A stretch of 64,000 nt of DNA from Gemmatimonadota bacterium (GTDB taxonomy: Bacteria; Gemmatimonadota; Gemmatimonadetes; Palauibacterales; Palauibacteraceae): the NCBI GenBank assembly GCA_039586095.1, contig JBDHLB010000003.1, forward strand, positions 827-64,826, read 5' to 3'. Position numbers and translations under genes: made by a program. This document shows positions 18,257 to 26,954 of this stretch, piece by piece (the first letter of the stretch is position 1; the number at the start of each line of letters is the position of its first letter). The notes under the pieces were generated by a model that saw nothing but the letters and a program-made list of their open reading frames with translations, did no database searches and was not told where the DNA came from.

Positions 18257-19972
18257 ATGGAGACAGCAACGGTCGCTCGGACGAAACAGACCGCGGTGAC
18301 GTCGCGTTCCTCGGACTCGCCCGCGGACAGCCCGGCCGGGAACCAGGGCGAAGGCAGATTCAATCCGCCGTTTCCGGTGAACGAGCTGGAGCTGGAGTAC
18401 GCACCCGGCAGCCCCGAGCGAGAGGAGCTCACGGCCGAGCTGGCTGCCATGGCGTCACAGGTGGTGGAGATCCCCCTGGTCATCGGTGGAGAAGAGGTGC
18501 GGACGTCCGACGTGAAGGACGTGGTGATGCCTCACGACCACCAGCATGTGCTGGCGCGCTTCCACCGGGCCGGCCGGGACGAGGCCCTCGCCGCGGTGGC
18601 CGCGGCCCGTGATGCGTGGGACGAGTGGGCAGGTTGGCCCTGGCAGGACCGCGCGGCCGTGCTGTTGCGCGCAGCAGAGCTGCTGTCCGGCCCGTGGCGC
18701 CCGAGGCTGATGGCCGCCACCATGCTCGGACAGAGCAAGACCGTGCACCAGGCGGAGATCGATGCCGCCTGCGAGATTGTCGATTTCTGGCGCTTCAACA
18801 CGTTCTACGCCTCGGCCCTGTACGAAGAGCAGCCGGACTCATCTCCCGGCATGTGGAACCGGATGGATCACCGGCCGCTCGAGGGCTTCGTGCTGGCCAT
18901 CACGCCGTTCAACTTCTCCTCGATCGGCGCGAACCTCCCGACCGCCCCGGCCCTCATGGGCAACACCGTGATCTGGAAGCCCGCCACGACCGGCGTGCTG
19001 GCCGCCTATTATACCTATCGTCTGCTGGAGGAGGCGGGCCTACCGCCGGGCGTGATCAACTTCCTGCCGGGCCGCTCGTCGGAGATCAGCAGCACGCTGG
19101 TGGAGAGTTCGGAGCTGGCCGGGATCCACTTCACCGGCTCGACGTCGGTCTTCCAGCTCCTGTGGCGCCAGGTGGCCGAAAACCTGGAGAACTACAAGTC
19201 CTACCCGCGCATCGTCGGCGAGACGGGCGGGAAGGACTTCATCGTAGCGCACGAGAGCGCCGATCCGCGCGCCCTGGCCGTGGGGATGGTGCGAGGCGCG
19301 TTCGAGTACCAGGGACAGAAATGCAGCGCGGCCTCGCGCGCGTACGTCCCGAGCAACCTGTGGGACGAGGTGAACGAGCACCTGCAGGAGATGCTGGCGG
19401 ACATTCGAATGGGGGATCCGACCGACTTCCGGAACTTCGTGTGTGCCGTGATCGACCGGGCGGCGTACGAGGACATCGTCGGCTTCATAGAATACGCGAA
19501 GGACTCCGACGACATGGAGGTCATCGCGGGCGGCGACTACTCGGACGAGGTCGGGTTCTTCATCGAGCCCACGGTGGTCCTGACGAAGGACCCGAAAGCG
19601 AAGTTGATGTGCGAAGAGATCTTCGGGCCCGTGCTGACCGTGTACGTATACGACCCGGGCGCGTGGAAGGAGACGTTGCATCTGGTCGATACCACCTCAC
19701 CGTACGGGCTTACGGGAGCGGTGTTCGCGAGGGAGCGGTCGGCGGTTCGAGAGGCCAACGCCGCTCTCCGCCACGCCGCCGGCAACTTCTACGTCAACGA
19801 CAAGCCGACGGGAGCGGTGGTGGGCCAGCAGCCTTTCGGTGGGGCGCGAGCCAGCGGCACGAACGACAAGGCGGGATCGATCCTCAACCTGGTTCGCTGG
19901 GTCTCGCCCCGCTCGATCAAGGAGACGTTCGTGCCGCCCACCGACTATCGCTATCCCTACATGGAGGGATAG
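18257..19972 (+). CDS. pruA: L-glutamate gamma-semialdehyde (1-pyrroline-5-carboxylate) dehydrogenase
   Basis: Aldehyde dehydrogenase fold with VGETGGKDF and the catalytic Cys context GQKCSAASR. The N-terminus is PruA-like (FPVNELELEYAPGSPEREEL). An AGAGGGGGG RBS precedes ATG 18257. Confidence 0.88.
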   Translation: METATVARTKQTAVTSRSSDSPADSPAGNQGEGRFNPPFPVNELELEYAPGSPEREELTAELAAMASQVVEIPLVIGGEEVRTSDVKDVVMPHDHQHVLARFHRAGRDEALAAVAAARDAWDEWAGWPWQDRAAVLLRAAELLSGPWRPRLMAATMLGQSKTVHQAEIDAACEIVDFWRFNTFYASALYEEQPDSSPGMWNRMDHRPLEGFVLAITPFNFSSIGANLPTAPALMGNTVIWKPATTGVLAAYYTYRLLEEAGLPPGVINFLPGRSSEISSTLVESSELAGIHFTGSTSVFQLLWRQVAENLENYKSYPRIVGETGGKDFIVAHESADPRALAVGMVRGAFEYQGQKCSAASRAYVPSNLWDEVNEHLQEMLADIRMGDPTDFRNFVCAVIDRAAYEDIVGFIEYAKDSDDMEVIAGGDYSDEVGFFIEPTVVLTKDPKAKLMCEEIFGPVLTVYVYDPGAWKETLHLVDTTSPYGLTGAVFARERSAVREANAALRHAAGNFYVNDKPTGAVVGQQPFGGARASGTNDKAGSILNLVRWVSPRSIKETFVPPTDYRYPYMEG

Positions 19973-20011
19973 GCGGCCCGAGAGGATAAAGCCGGCAGGG
20001 AGGCCGAGGGA

Positions 20012-20950
20012 ATGGCGACACGCGGTGCATCGAGCTTCGTTACAACCGCGGTGTGCGTGATGTTGAGCGCCTGCGGGGAGGAAACGGAGCCGCTCCTCAC
20101 GGAGGATGCGCTCCGTGAGGCAACCTATCTGACGCAGTTCGCCGAGGCAGGTGAGGTCACCCTCAGCAACGGGATGTTCGAGTCGCCGGCGTCGGAAGGC
20201 TCGCTGCCCGACCTGACAGTCTCGATCGGACCTTCTTCCTTCGGCGACCTGAATGGCGATGAGCGCGACGACGCGGCGGTCGTTCTGGTGGAGCGTCTGG
20301 GCCAGAGGGAGACGCTGTACAATCTCCACGCCGTGCTGGCCGGCGACAGCACGATCTGGGATGCGGCCTGGGTGCTCGTGGGCAGGCGCTCGACGCGGAT
20401 CGACGACGTCCGAGTGGACTCGGGGCTCATTCACGTCGACTTGCTGGGTCGGCAGGAGGAGCCCGGTGTGCGTTCCATCGTCTACGCCCTCACGGACAAG
20501 GGACTCCGCCTGGTCGACACGCCTGCGGCAGGCCAGCAGCTCGAAGCCGCCTCCGGGATCGAGCTCTCCGGGATCGAGCTCTCCGGGTCGGCGTGGACGC
20601 TGGTATCCATCGAAATGGGAGACGAGCTCGTGACGCCGGTATTCTCCGCCCGTGGCGATCCAAGCCTTGTGTTCACGCGCGAGTTCGGTGATCCGGACTT
20701 CGGATCGGGTAGGGTGTCGGGCCATGCGGGCTGCAACCGGATCTTCGGCAGCTACCGGGTCGGACCGGTCGACAGCCTGTCGATCGGCTCGATTGCCATG
20801 ACGGAGATGAACTGTGCCGTCCCCGTGATGGAAATCGAGCGTCTGCTGGTGCGCGCGCTGGAGCTCATGCGCGCCTATGAGCGCGCCGGTGACGAATTGA
20901 TCCTGGAGTTCGTGGACGGACGTCTGCGATTTGCCGCATCCGAGAGCTGA
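20012..20950 (+). CDS. Lipoprotein with C-terminal META (HslJ-like) domain
   Basis: Lipobox MLSAC-GEE. The META-type motif is WTLVSIEMGDELV...VSGHAGCNRIFGSYRV...IAMTEMNC. Confidence 0.72.
   Translation: MATRGASSFVTTAVCVMLSACGEETEPLLTEDALREATYLTQFAEAGEVTLSNGMFESPASEGSLPDLTVSIGPSSFGDLNGDERDDAAVVLVERLGQRETLYNLHAVLAGDSTIWDAAWVLVGRRSTRIDDVRVDSGLIHVDLLGRQEEPGVRSIVYALTDKGLRLVDTPAAGQQLEAASGIELSGIELSGSAWTLVSIEMGDELVTPVFSARGDPSLVFTREFGDPDFGSGRVSGHAGCNRIFGSYRVGPVDSLSIGSIAMTEMNCAVPVMEIERLLVRALELMRAYERAGDELILEFVDGRLRFAASES
20551..20587 (+). repeat. In-frame 15-bp tandem repeat (2.5 copies), CTCCGGGATCGAGCT
   Basis: Units at 20551-20565 and 20566-20580, plus a partial unit at 20581-20587. It encodes SGIELSGIELSG in the linker before the META domain. 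Confidence 0.9.
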
Positions 20951-21072
20951 GAATCGCGAAGGTCAGAGACAGACAGAGATCCGGGAGAGGCATCGATCGG
21001 CATGGCACGCCGGGCACTCAGCCCGGTACATAGTGACGGTACGACGCGGGTGGCCGATCATACGGCCGAGAT

Positions 21073-22035
21073 GTGGAGTTCGAACAGGAGATCCCAGTGG
21101 CACGGTTTACCGACGAAGAGCTGCAGCGAAAGGTGCACGAGGGCTTCATCGTGGAGTCCGAGGCCGACATGACGGAGACGTACAAGAAAGCGCTCATCAC
21201 GCAGCTCACGGTGCAGGGCGACACCGAGCTGATGAGCGCTCCGTCCTACCAGATGGCGGCCAAGGACGCGCCGTCCACGAACACGATGGTTTCGGCTACC
21301 GCGATCATCCAGGACGAGATGGGGCACGCGAACATCGCCTATCGGCTCCTGGAAGACCTCGGCGTCGACCCTCACTGGCTGGTTTATGAGCGACCGCCCG
21401 AGAAGTTCAAGAACCCCTACGGCTTCGATCAGCCGCTCGAGAACTGGGCCGAGCTGGTCGTGGCGAACGGCCTCTACGACCGGGCCGGTATCACATTGCT
21501 CGGCGACGTCCACCGCAACACGAGCTACGGGCCTCTGAAGCGTGGGCTCGTCAAGGTGGCGATGGAAGAGAACTTCCATCTGCGTCACGGCGAAGTGTGG
21601 ATGCGACGCCTGTGCGAGGCGGGGGGCGAAGCGCGTGACATGGTGCAACGCGCGGTGGACTGGATGTTTCCGATGGGTGTCGAGTGGTTCGGGATGCCCG
21701 ATACGAAGAAGCGTCACAACGCGCAGCTCGACTTCAAGCTGAAAGGCATGACCAACGATCAGCTGCGCCAGACCTGGATGCGGGCGGTCGTCCCGCTGTG
21801 CGACGAGATCGGCGTCAAAGTGCCGGCGCACGTGAACCCCGACACCGAAGAAGTGGAGCTCGAGTTCGAGTTTCCCGTGCAGTACAATCCGGACGAGAAA
21901 CGCTGGCTGTTCGACGAGCCCATCACCTGGGATGAGGTATGGGAGCGCTGGCGGGGTCGCGGGCCCATGAACGAGGAGTACGTCGGGTCGATCCGTAAGA
22001 GCCGCTCGTCGGTCGAGCAGCTGCTGGCCGCCTGA
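21073..22035 (+). CDS. paaA: 1,2-phenylacetyl-CoA epoxidase catalytic subunit PaaA (di-iron)
   Basis: Ferritin-like di-iron ExxH motifs IQDEMGHANI and MEENFHLRHG. PaaA-like throughout (ELMSAPSYQ, NGLYDRAGI). Confidence 0.9.
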   Translation: MEFEQEIPVARFTDEELQRKVHEGFIVESEADMTETYKKALITQLTVQGDTELMSAPSYQMAAKDAPSTNTMVSATAIIQDEMGHANIAYRLLEDLGVDPHWLVYERPPEKFKNPYGFDQPLENWAELVVANGLYDRAGITLLGDVHRNTSYGPLKRGLVKVAMEENFHLRHGEVWMRRLCEAGGEARDMVQRAVDWMFPMGVEWFGMPDTKKRHNAQLDFKLKGMTNDQLRQTWMRAVVPLCDEIGVKVPAHVNPDTEEVELEFEFPVQYNPDEKRWLFDEPITWDEVWERWRGRGPMNEEYVGSIRKSRSSVEQLLAA

Positions 22036-22037
22036 CG

Positions 22038-22508
22038 ATGACTCTGGTGCAGCTCGGCAGGGCGCCCAAGGAGACGGGCGAAGGCAGCCCCCGGTTCGAT
22101 CCCGGCGGAATGAACTGGGCAGCGGTGCTGCAGGAGACGCGGGGTCGTCGCGAGGATCTCGTCCCTCCCCCCGTCTTCGATACGCCACCGGCCGACCTGG
22201 CGGAGCGCGCACGCCGGGCCCTGTACGAGGTGTCCGACCCCGAATTCCCGATCTCGCTCGTGGATCTTGGGCTCGTGTACGACGTGACCGCGGATCCGGA
22301 GACCGAGCTCGTCACGGTGTACCTCACCTTCACCGCCACGGCGTGCCCGTGTATGGATTTCATCAAGTGGGACGTCCGCGAGCGGCTCCTGCAGGAACCG
22401 GGGATCGAGCGCGTGGAGATCGTGACGGTGTGGGACCCGCCGTGGACGAACGAACGCATCACGAAACGCGGCCGGAAAGCGCTGGCTCGGGCCGGAGTGG
22501 CGGTGTAA
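22038..22508 (+). CDS. DUF59/MIP18-type protein corresponding to the N-terminal domain of PaaD
   Basis: SDPEFPISLVDLGLVYDV...TFTATACPCMDFI...VWDPPWTNERIT. The start is 2 nt after the paaA stop. It lacks the C-terminal Cys-rich segment of PaaD. Confidence 0.72.
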   Translation: MTLVQLGRAPKETGEGSPRFDPGGMNWAAVLQETRGRREDLVPPPVFDTPPADLAERARRALYEVSDPEFPISLVDLGLVYDVTADPETELVTVYLTFTATACPCMDFIKWDVRERLLQEPGIERVEIVTVWDPPWTNERITKRGRKALARAGVAV

Positions 22509-22562
22509 CGAACGCCACGCCCGCCCGATCCGCGAGCGGCATCGCAGATCGGGTCGCCCCAT

Positions 22563-22895
22563 ATGCCGACCACGCGACAACCGGTTGCAGCAGAGGATCG
22601 AATGGGCAATCCACTCGTTGATGACACCGTGTTCGAGGTGTTCGCGCGGCGGAAGCGGGCGGACCGCTTCGAGCACGTGGGCACCGTGACGGCACCGGGA
22701 CCCGACCTCGCCCGTGTCTACGCGTGGCAGACGTATGACGAGCAGAAGTGGTTCGAAATGGCCGTAGCGCCGCGAGAGGCGTTCTCGCCGGTGAACCGTG
22801 ATGAGGCTCCGTTCACGCTGGGCGGGCCGCCGCCCGTCGGCGAAGGTTCACCGGCCGATACGGATTCCCCGCCGGGCTATGGAGTGCCGGAATGA
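22563..22895 (+). CDS. paaB: 1,2-phenylacetyl-CoA epoxidase subunit PaaB
   Basis: VFEVFARRKRADRFEHVGTVTAPGPDLARVYAWQTYDEQKW is PaaB-like. ATG 22602 is an alternative start. There is an ATGA overlap with paaC. Confidence 0.85.
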   Translation: MPTTRQPVAAEDRMGNPLVDDTVFEVFARRKRADRFEHVGTVTAPGPDLARVYAWQTYDEQKWFEMAVAPREAFSPVNRDEAPFTLGGPPPVGEGSPADTDSPPGYGVPE

Positions 22896-23731
22896 CCGAA
22901 GCGAAGAGAGAAGGATTCCCGTCTGTCGAAGCGCTGCCCTCGGACGTGAGGGAGCAGCTCGGCAATCTTTTGCTGGCGCTGGCCGACAACAAACGACTGC
23001 TCGGTATGCGTTACGCCGACTGGATGCTCGGCGCGCCCTCGCTGGAGGCCGGTATCGCCTGCTCGGCGATGGCACAGGACGAGTGGGGTCACGGGCGCAT
23101 CGTGTACGCGATGTTGCGCGACTTCGGCTTCGATCCCTCCCACCTGGAGCACGAGCGCCAGCCTGAGGAGTACCGCAGCATAGAGCTCCTCGACGAGCCC
23201 TCCGAAGCGTGGCCCCAGCTCCTGGCGCTGAATCTGCTCGTGGATACGGCCCTCTCCGTGGTGTTCGAGGCGATGCAGGAAAGTCGGTTCGAGCCGATCC
23301 TCTACAAGGTCCGCAAGTTGCTCGACGAGGAGAGGTTCCACTTCGAGCACGGGCGGGGCTGGACCGCGCTGATGGCCTCGAAGCCATCGGGCCGGGAATC
23401 TATGGCCAGCGTCTTCGCCCCCGCCTGGGACGCCTGTTTGTCCTGGTTCGGCCCGGCGGACGATGAGCTCTTCACCGCGCTACATGCCGCCGGTATCACC
23501 GCAAGCGATGCCGAGGGACTTCGAGCGCGCTGGCTGGAACGGGTCGGCCCGGTGGTGGAGAAGGCGGGTCTGGGACTGGCCGCGACCGTCGAAGGGGCAT
23601 GGCAGAGCCGAACCGATCCCGCCTGGAGCACCTGGGACCCGATACGCCGTCGGACTGCCGACGGTGGGCCCGATCCTGACACGCTCGCGCGGGTGCGGGG
23701 GGATCGGAATCGCCAGCTCTTGATGGATTGA
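22892..23731 (+). CDS. paaC: 1,2-phenylacetyl-CoA epoxidase structural subunit PaaC
   Basis: LLALADNKRLLGMRYADWMLGAPSLEAGIACSAMAQDEWGHGRIVY and DEERFHFEHG. It is a ferritin-like paralogue following paaB. Confidence 0.85.
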   Translation: MTEAKREGFPSVEALPSDVREQLGNLLLALADNKRLLGMRYADWMLGAPSLEAGIACSAMAQDEWGHGRIVYAMLRDFGFDPSHLEHERQPEEYRSIELLDEPSEAWPQLLALNLLVDTALSVVFEAMQESRFEPILYKVRKLLDEERFHFEHGRGWTALMASKPSGRESMASVFAPAWDACLSWFGPADDELFTALHAAGITASDAEGLRARWLERVGPVVEKAGLGLAATVEGAWQSRTDPAWSTWDPIRRRTADGGPDPDTLARVRGDRNRQLLMD

Positions 23732-23741
23732 TGGAGGCGGG

Positions 23742-23966
23742 ATGATGGACGAGCGAGATCGCCGCGCTTCGGGGAATCGCGCCACGCTCCGCTTGAACGG
23801 ACCGCTGCACAGCGGGGAGCTGCCGCTGGCCGTAGAGTGCCCGTTTTGCGCGTCGGCCGATACCGAGCAGTTCTCGGCTTTCGGTTCCGCCGTTTCGACC
23901 AGCCAGTACTACTGCAACGGCTGCCGCACGGTGTTCGAGTTCATGAAGCGGCGCGGCGTGCGCTAG
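23742..23966 (+). CDS. Small Cys4 zinc-ribbon protein corresponding to the C-terminal segment of PaaD
   Basis: 74 aa. ECPFCASADTEQFSAFGSAVSTSQYYCNGCRTVFEFMK matches the CPxC...FGS...YxCxxC...F pattern at the PaaD C-terminus. It starts 10 nt after paaC. Confidence 0.62.
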   Translation: MMDERDRRASGNRATLRLNGPLHSGELPLAVECPFCASADTEQFSAFGSAVSTSQYYCNGCRTVFEFMKRRGVR

Positions 23967-25027
23967 CGGCGAATCGCCGTCGTCTCCAGCAGCTCGCGTC
24001 TGACGTCATCCGACAGCCCGGCCCTCTCCAGCTCGGCCCACAGACGCTCTACGAGCTCCGCGTCGACCAGCCCGGCCGGCGAGCCGACCTCGGGCGTGGA
24101 GAGCCCGTGATCGCTGCGAAACGCGTCTACCGCCGCGACAACCTCTTCATCGAACACGAAGAGTGCGCGGCCTCGCTCCAGAGACCCTTCTTCGGGGCGA
24201 AAGTAGCCCAGGGCGTGGAGGATCACCTTGAGCTGAAGCACATCGCGCCCCGAGAAGCGCTCCAGTGTGCGATAGCCCAGCGTGCCCGATATGGCGTCAT
24301 AGAGCCGCCGGAGCTCTGCGACCGGCGTCGGATGCTCGCAGACGTTCAGGTTCGCGGTCACACCGTCCGGACGCCTCGACCGGCCGGGCCGCGGGTCCGC
24401 CACGACGACCGCTGCCGACTGCAGCCGTCCCTTTCGGGCGTCGCCGCCCGCTGACTGTCCGGCGGCCAGGGCCGCAATGAGCCGATCGGCCAGGTGGCGT
24501 GGCGAACCGGCGCTGCTCTCGAACGCCGCCGCAACGGCCTCGACCACTTCCGGTCCGACGAGCAAGTTGCCCTGGACGGCGTAGTGGGGACCGGACCGAT
24601 GACCCTTCCAGTCATCGGTGTCATCGCCCGTGTGCTGCGCGCTGCTTCCGTCGATCGCCACGACGCCGACCTGCCGGCGGGTCGAGCCCGAGTCTGCCGC
24701 CAGGGCGCGCTCGAGGGCCTCCCGCGGCTGCAGACCCTCCTCGAGCATGTCGAGCAGCTCGATTCCGTACTCGACGCGGGTCCAGGCCTGGGTCGCTACG
24801 GCTCCGATACCGGCGCGCACCCACGGCACGCCGTTTCCCACGCACGGTACCCGCGTGGTGACGGCCACGCCGGCCTCGCCGGTCTCTGGATCGACGGCCG
24901 CGATCGAGAACGTGTGAAAGCGCGGCGTCTCGCCCCACGCCTCGGGCTCCTGAGCACCCAAGGAGCCGCTCCCGATCCAGGCCAGCAGGCCGATCCACCG
25001 AGCGGAGCCGATCGAGCGGCGGATCAT
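23963..25027 (-). CDS. Secreted DUF1028 (Ntn-hydrolase-fold) protein with a C-terminal peptidoglycan-binding-like domain
   Basis: A signal peptide is followed by FHTFSIAAVDPETGEAGVAVTTRVPCVGNGVPWVRAGIGAVATQAW (DUF1028 N-terminus). The C-terminus reads LQLKVILHALGYF...VVAAVDAFRSDHGL (PG_binding_1-like). Confidence 0.75.
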   Translation of the reverse strand: MIRRSIGSARWIGLLAWIGSGSLGAQEPEAWGETPRFHTFSIAAVDPETGEAGVAVTTRVPCVGNGVPWVRAGIGAVATQAWTRVEYGIELLDMLEEGLQPREALERALAADSGSTRRQVGVVAIDGSSAQHTGDDTDDWKGHRSGPHYAVQGNLLVGPEVVEAVAAAFESSAGSPRHLADRLIAALAAGQSAGGDARKGRLQSAAVVVADPRPGRSRRPDGVTANLNVCEHPTPVAELRRLYDAISGTLGYRTLERFSGRDVLQLKVILHALGYFRPEEGSLERGRALFVFDEEVVAAVDAFRSDHGLSTPEVGSPAGLVDAELVERLWAELERAGLSDDVRRELLETTAIRR

Positions 25028-25890
25028 GCTTCACGTCCTTCCGCAGCTCCTTCGCCCCCGGCCCGCTCGTCCTTGGACGCCCCGCTCTCGGGGGCCCCGC
25101 CCTCGGCTCCCTCCGGTGCCTTCGAGTGGAGGGCGAACAGCGCTCCCTGCGGATCGGTGCACCGCACGACCCGGTCTCCACCGGGGACCGTCATGGGATC
25201 GTGGAGCACCTCTCCGCCCAGCTTCCTGACCGTATCGGCTGCGTCATACACGTCCTTTACCATGATGTAAAGGAGCCAGTGCGCGGGGGCGGGTACGTCT
25301 GACGGCTTGTTGTACATCCCGCCCAGCGTGGTGCCGGCCAGGCCGTACATCTGGTACAGGCCCATCTCGCCCAGGTCCATCGAGTCCGTCTTTTCCCAGC
25401 CGAACAGCTCGTGATAGAAGTCGAACGCGGCCTCCTGGTCCGTCGTCAGGAGCTCGTGCCAGGAGAAAAGGCCCGGCTGCGGGGCCTCGGGACCGGCGGG
25501 CGGCTCGGCGTCGGGCTGATGCAGGGCGAACACCGCACCTTGCGGATCGGCGACGACCGCGATGCGTCCGACGCCCGTGATCTTCATCGGCTGCAAGTGG
25601 ATCTGAGCCGCCAGGCCACGCGCGCAGGCGACGGTGGCCGCAATGTCGGGCGTGCCGATGTAGGGGAGCCAGTGGGGAGCGGTCCCGGCAGCGCGAGCGT
25701 CCGCGGGCAGCTCCATCGTGCCGGCGACCGGAACATCGGCCGCCGTCCACATCCGATAGGGTCGTTCGCCCCCTTCCCAGACCTGCGAGCCCCAGCCGAT
25801 CACTTCCGAGAAGAACTCGACGGCTGCGTCCGGGTCGGCGGTGAGCAGCTCGTACCAGATGAAGTCACATGCCTTCTGGTCTTCCGACAT
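25024..25890 (-). CDS. VOC (glyoxalase/bleomycin-resistance fold) family protein, two tandem domains
   Basis: Repeated module: FIWYELLTADPDAAVEFFSEVIGW... and FSWHELLTTDQEAAFDFYHELFGW.... ATG 25890 follows GGGAGCGAGGGA. The ORF track lists a GTG start at 25908. Confidence 0.85.
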   Translation of the reverse strand: MSEDQKACDFIWYELLTADPDAAVEFFSEVIGWGSQVWEGGERPYRMWTAADVPVAGTMELPADARAAGTAPHWLPYIGTPDIAATVACARGLAAQIHLQPMKITGVGRIAVVADPQGAVFALHQPDAEPPAGPEAPQPGLFSWHELLTTDQEAAFDFYHELFGWEKTDSMDLGEMGLYQMYGLAGTTLGGMYNKPSDVPAPAHWLLYIMVKDVYDAADTVRKLGGEVLHDPMTVPGGDRVVRCTDPQGALFALHSKAPEGAEGGAPESGASKDERAGGEGAAEGREA

Positions 25891-25946
25891 TCCCTCGCTC
25901 CCACGCACCCGTGATAGAGTACGAGTCTAAGTAATCAAATCGTCGT

Positions 25947-26705
25947 TCAGCCCCACCACAGCTTCAAGGCGAACGCGATCACCGTTACCGCGACCACCCG
26001 CTTGATCCAGGCGTGGCCTTTCAGGACAGAGAGACGCACACCGATCAAGCCACCCAGGAGATTGCCGGCCGCCAGGGCGACGCCCATGTCCCAGGCCACT
26101 CGATCGTTGAGGGCGAAGTACGCGAGCACCAGGGGCGTGAATGACAGGACGACCAGCACCTTGAGCGCGTTCCCTCGCACCAGGTTGAGGCCGGCGGCCG
26201 TGACCACGGCGAGGATCAAAAAACCCACCCCGGCCTGCACGAAGCCTCCGTAGACGCCGATGGCGAAGAACGCGAGGACCAAACCGATACGTCCGAGATA
26301 CGATTCCGTGCCCCTCAGATTCTCCCCGACCGGATGACTCTTCAGGGGGTCCCACAGCGTCCACAGGGTGACAAATACCATGATGACGGCCAATGCTCGC
26401 TGAAACGCGTCGTCGCCGATCTCCACCGCCGCCCAGGCACCTACCAGCGCACCCAGGACAGCGGGAACGGCGGCCAGGCGCAGCCAGCGCCAGTCGATCA
26501 CTTGGTGCCGATGAAACAAATACACGGCGCCGATGTTCTGAGTCAGAATCGCCACGCGGTTGGTTCCGTTGGCTACCGTCGGAGGGAGACCGAGGAAGAT
26601 CATCATGGGGAGCGTGAGTAGCGATCCCCCACCTGCGATGACGTTCATCGCGCCTGCGATGCCGCCCACGCCGAACAAGATCAGGTAGCTCGCCCAAGCA
26701 TCCAC
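25947..26705 (-). CDS. TauE/SafE (DUF81) family anion exporter
   Basis: Eight-TM protein with two internal repeats and a G-rich first helix, GVGGIAGAMNVIAGGGS. Confidence 0.82.
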   Translation of the reverse strand: MDAWASYLILFGVGGIAGAMNVIAGGGSLLTLPMMIFLGLPPTVANGTNRVAILTQNIGAVYLFHRHQVIDWRWLRLAAVPAVLGALVGAWAAVEIGDDAFQRALAVIMVFVTLWTLWDPLKSHPVGENLRGTESYLGRIGLVLAFFAIGVYGGFVQAGVGFLILAVVTAAGLNLVRGNALKVLVVLSFTPLVLAYFALNDRVAWDMGVALAAGNLLGGLIGVRLSVLKGHAWIKRVVAVTVIAFALKLWWG

Positions 26706-26954
26706 GCAGTTGCCCTCCTCTGAGGCCGCCAGCCATGACGCCGGGATTCATGGTTCTCCAGCCGCACCGTTCTCATCGACTGGAGTCCGGGCTAGAAGTA
26801 TGATGTGACAGACTGCGGAACAACTCCCGGGCCCGCCCCCGTGCATCATGGATTCGGAGAAAGATGTCTCGTGAGCCCGCGCCCGTCTGTACAACCCGGT
26901 GTCGATGAACGAGCTCAGATCACCCCTGTAGAACGTCCTTCGCTTCAGCCCGAG

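Noticed and set aside
19697-22212. Two long minus-strand ORFs (19697-20725 and 21058-22212)
   Set aside because: They are antisense to pruA, the META lipoprotein gene and paaA, and have an arginine-rich non-protein-like composition.
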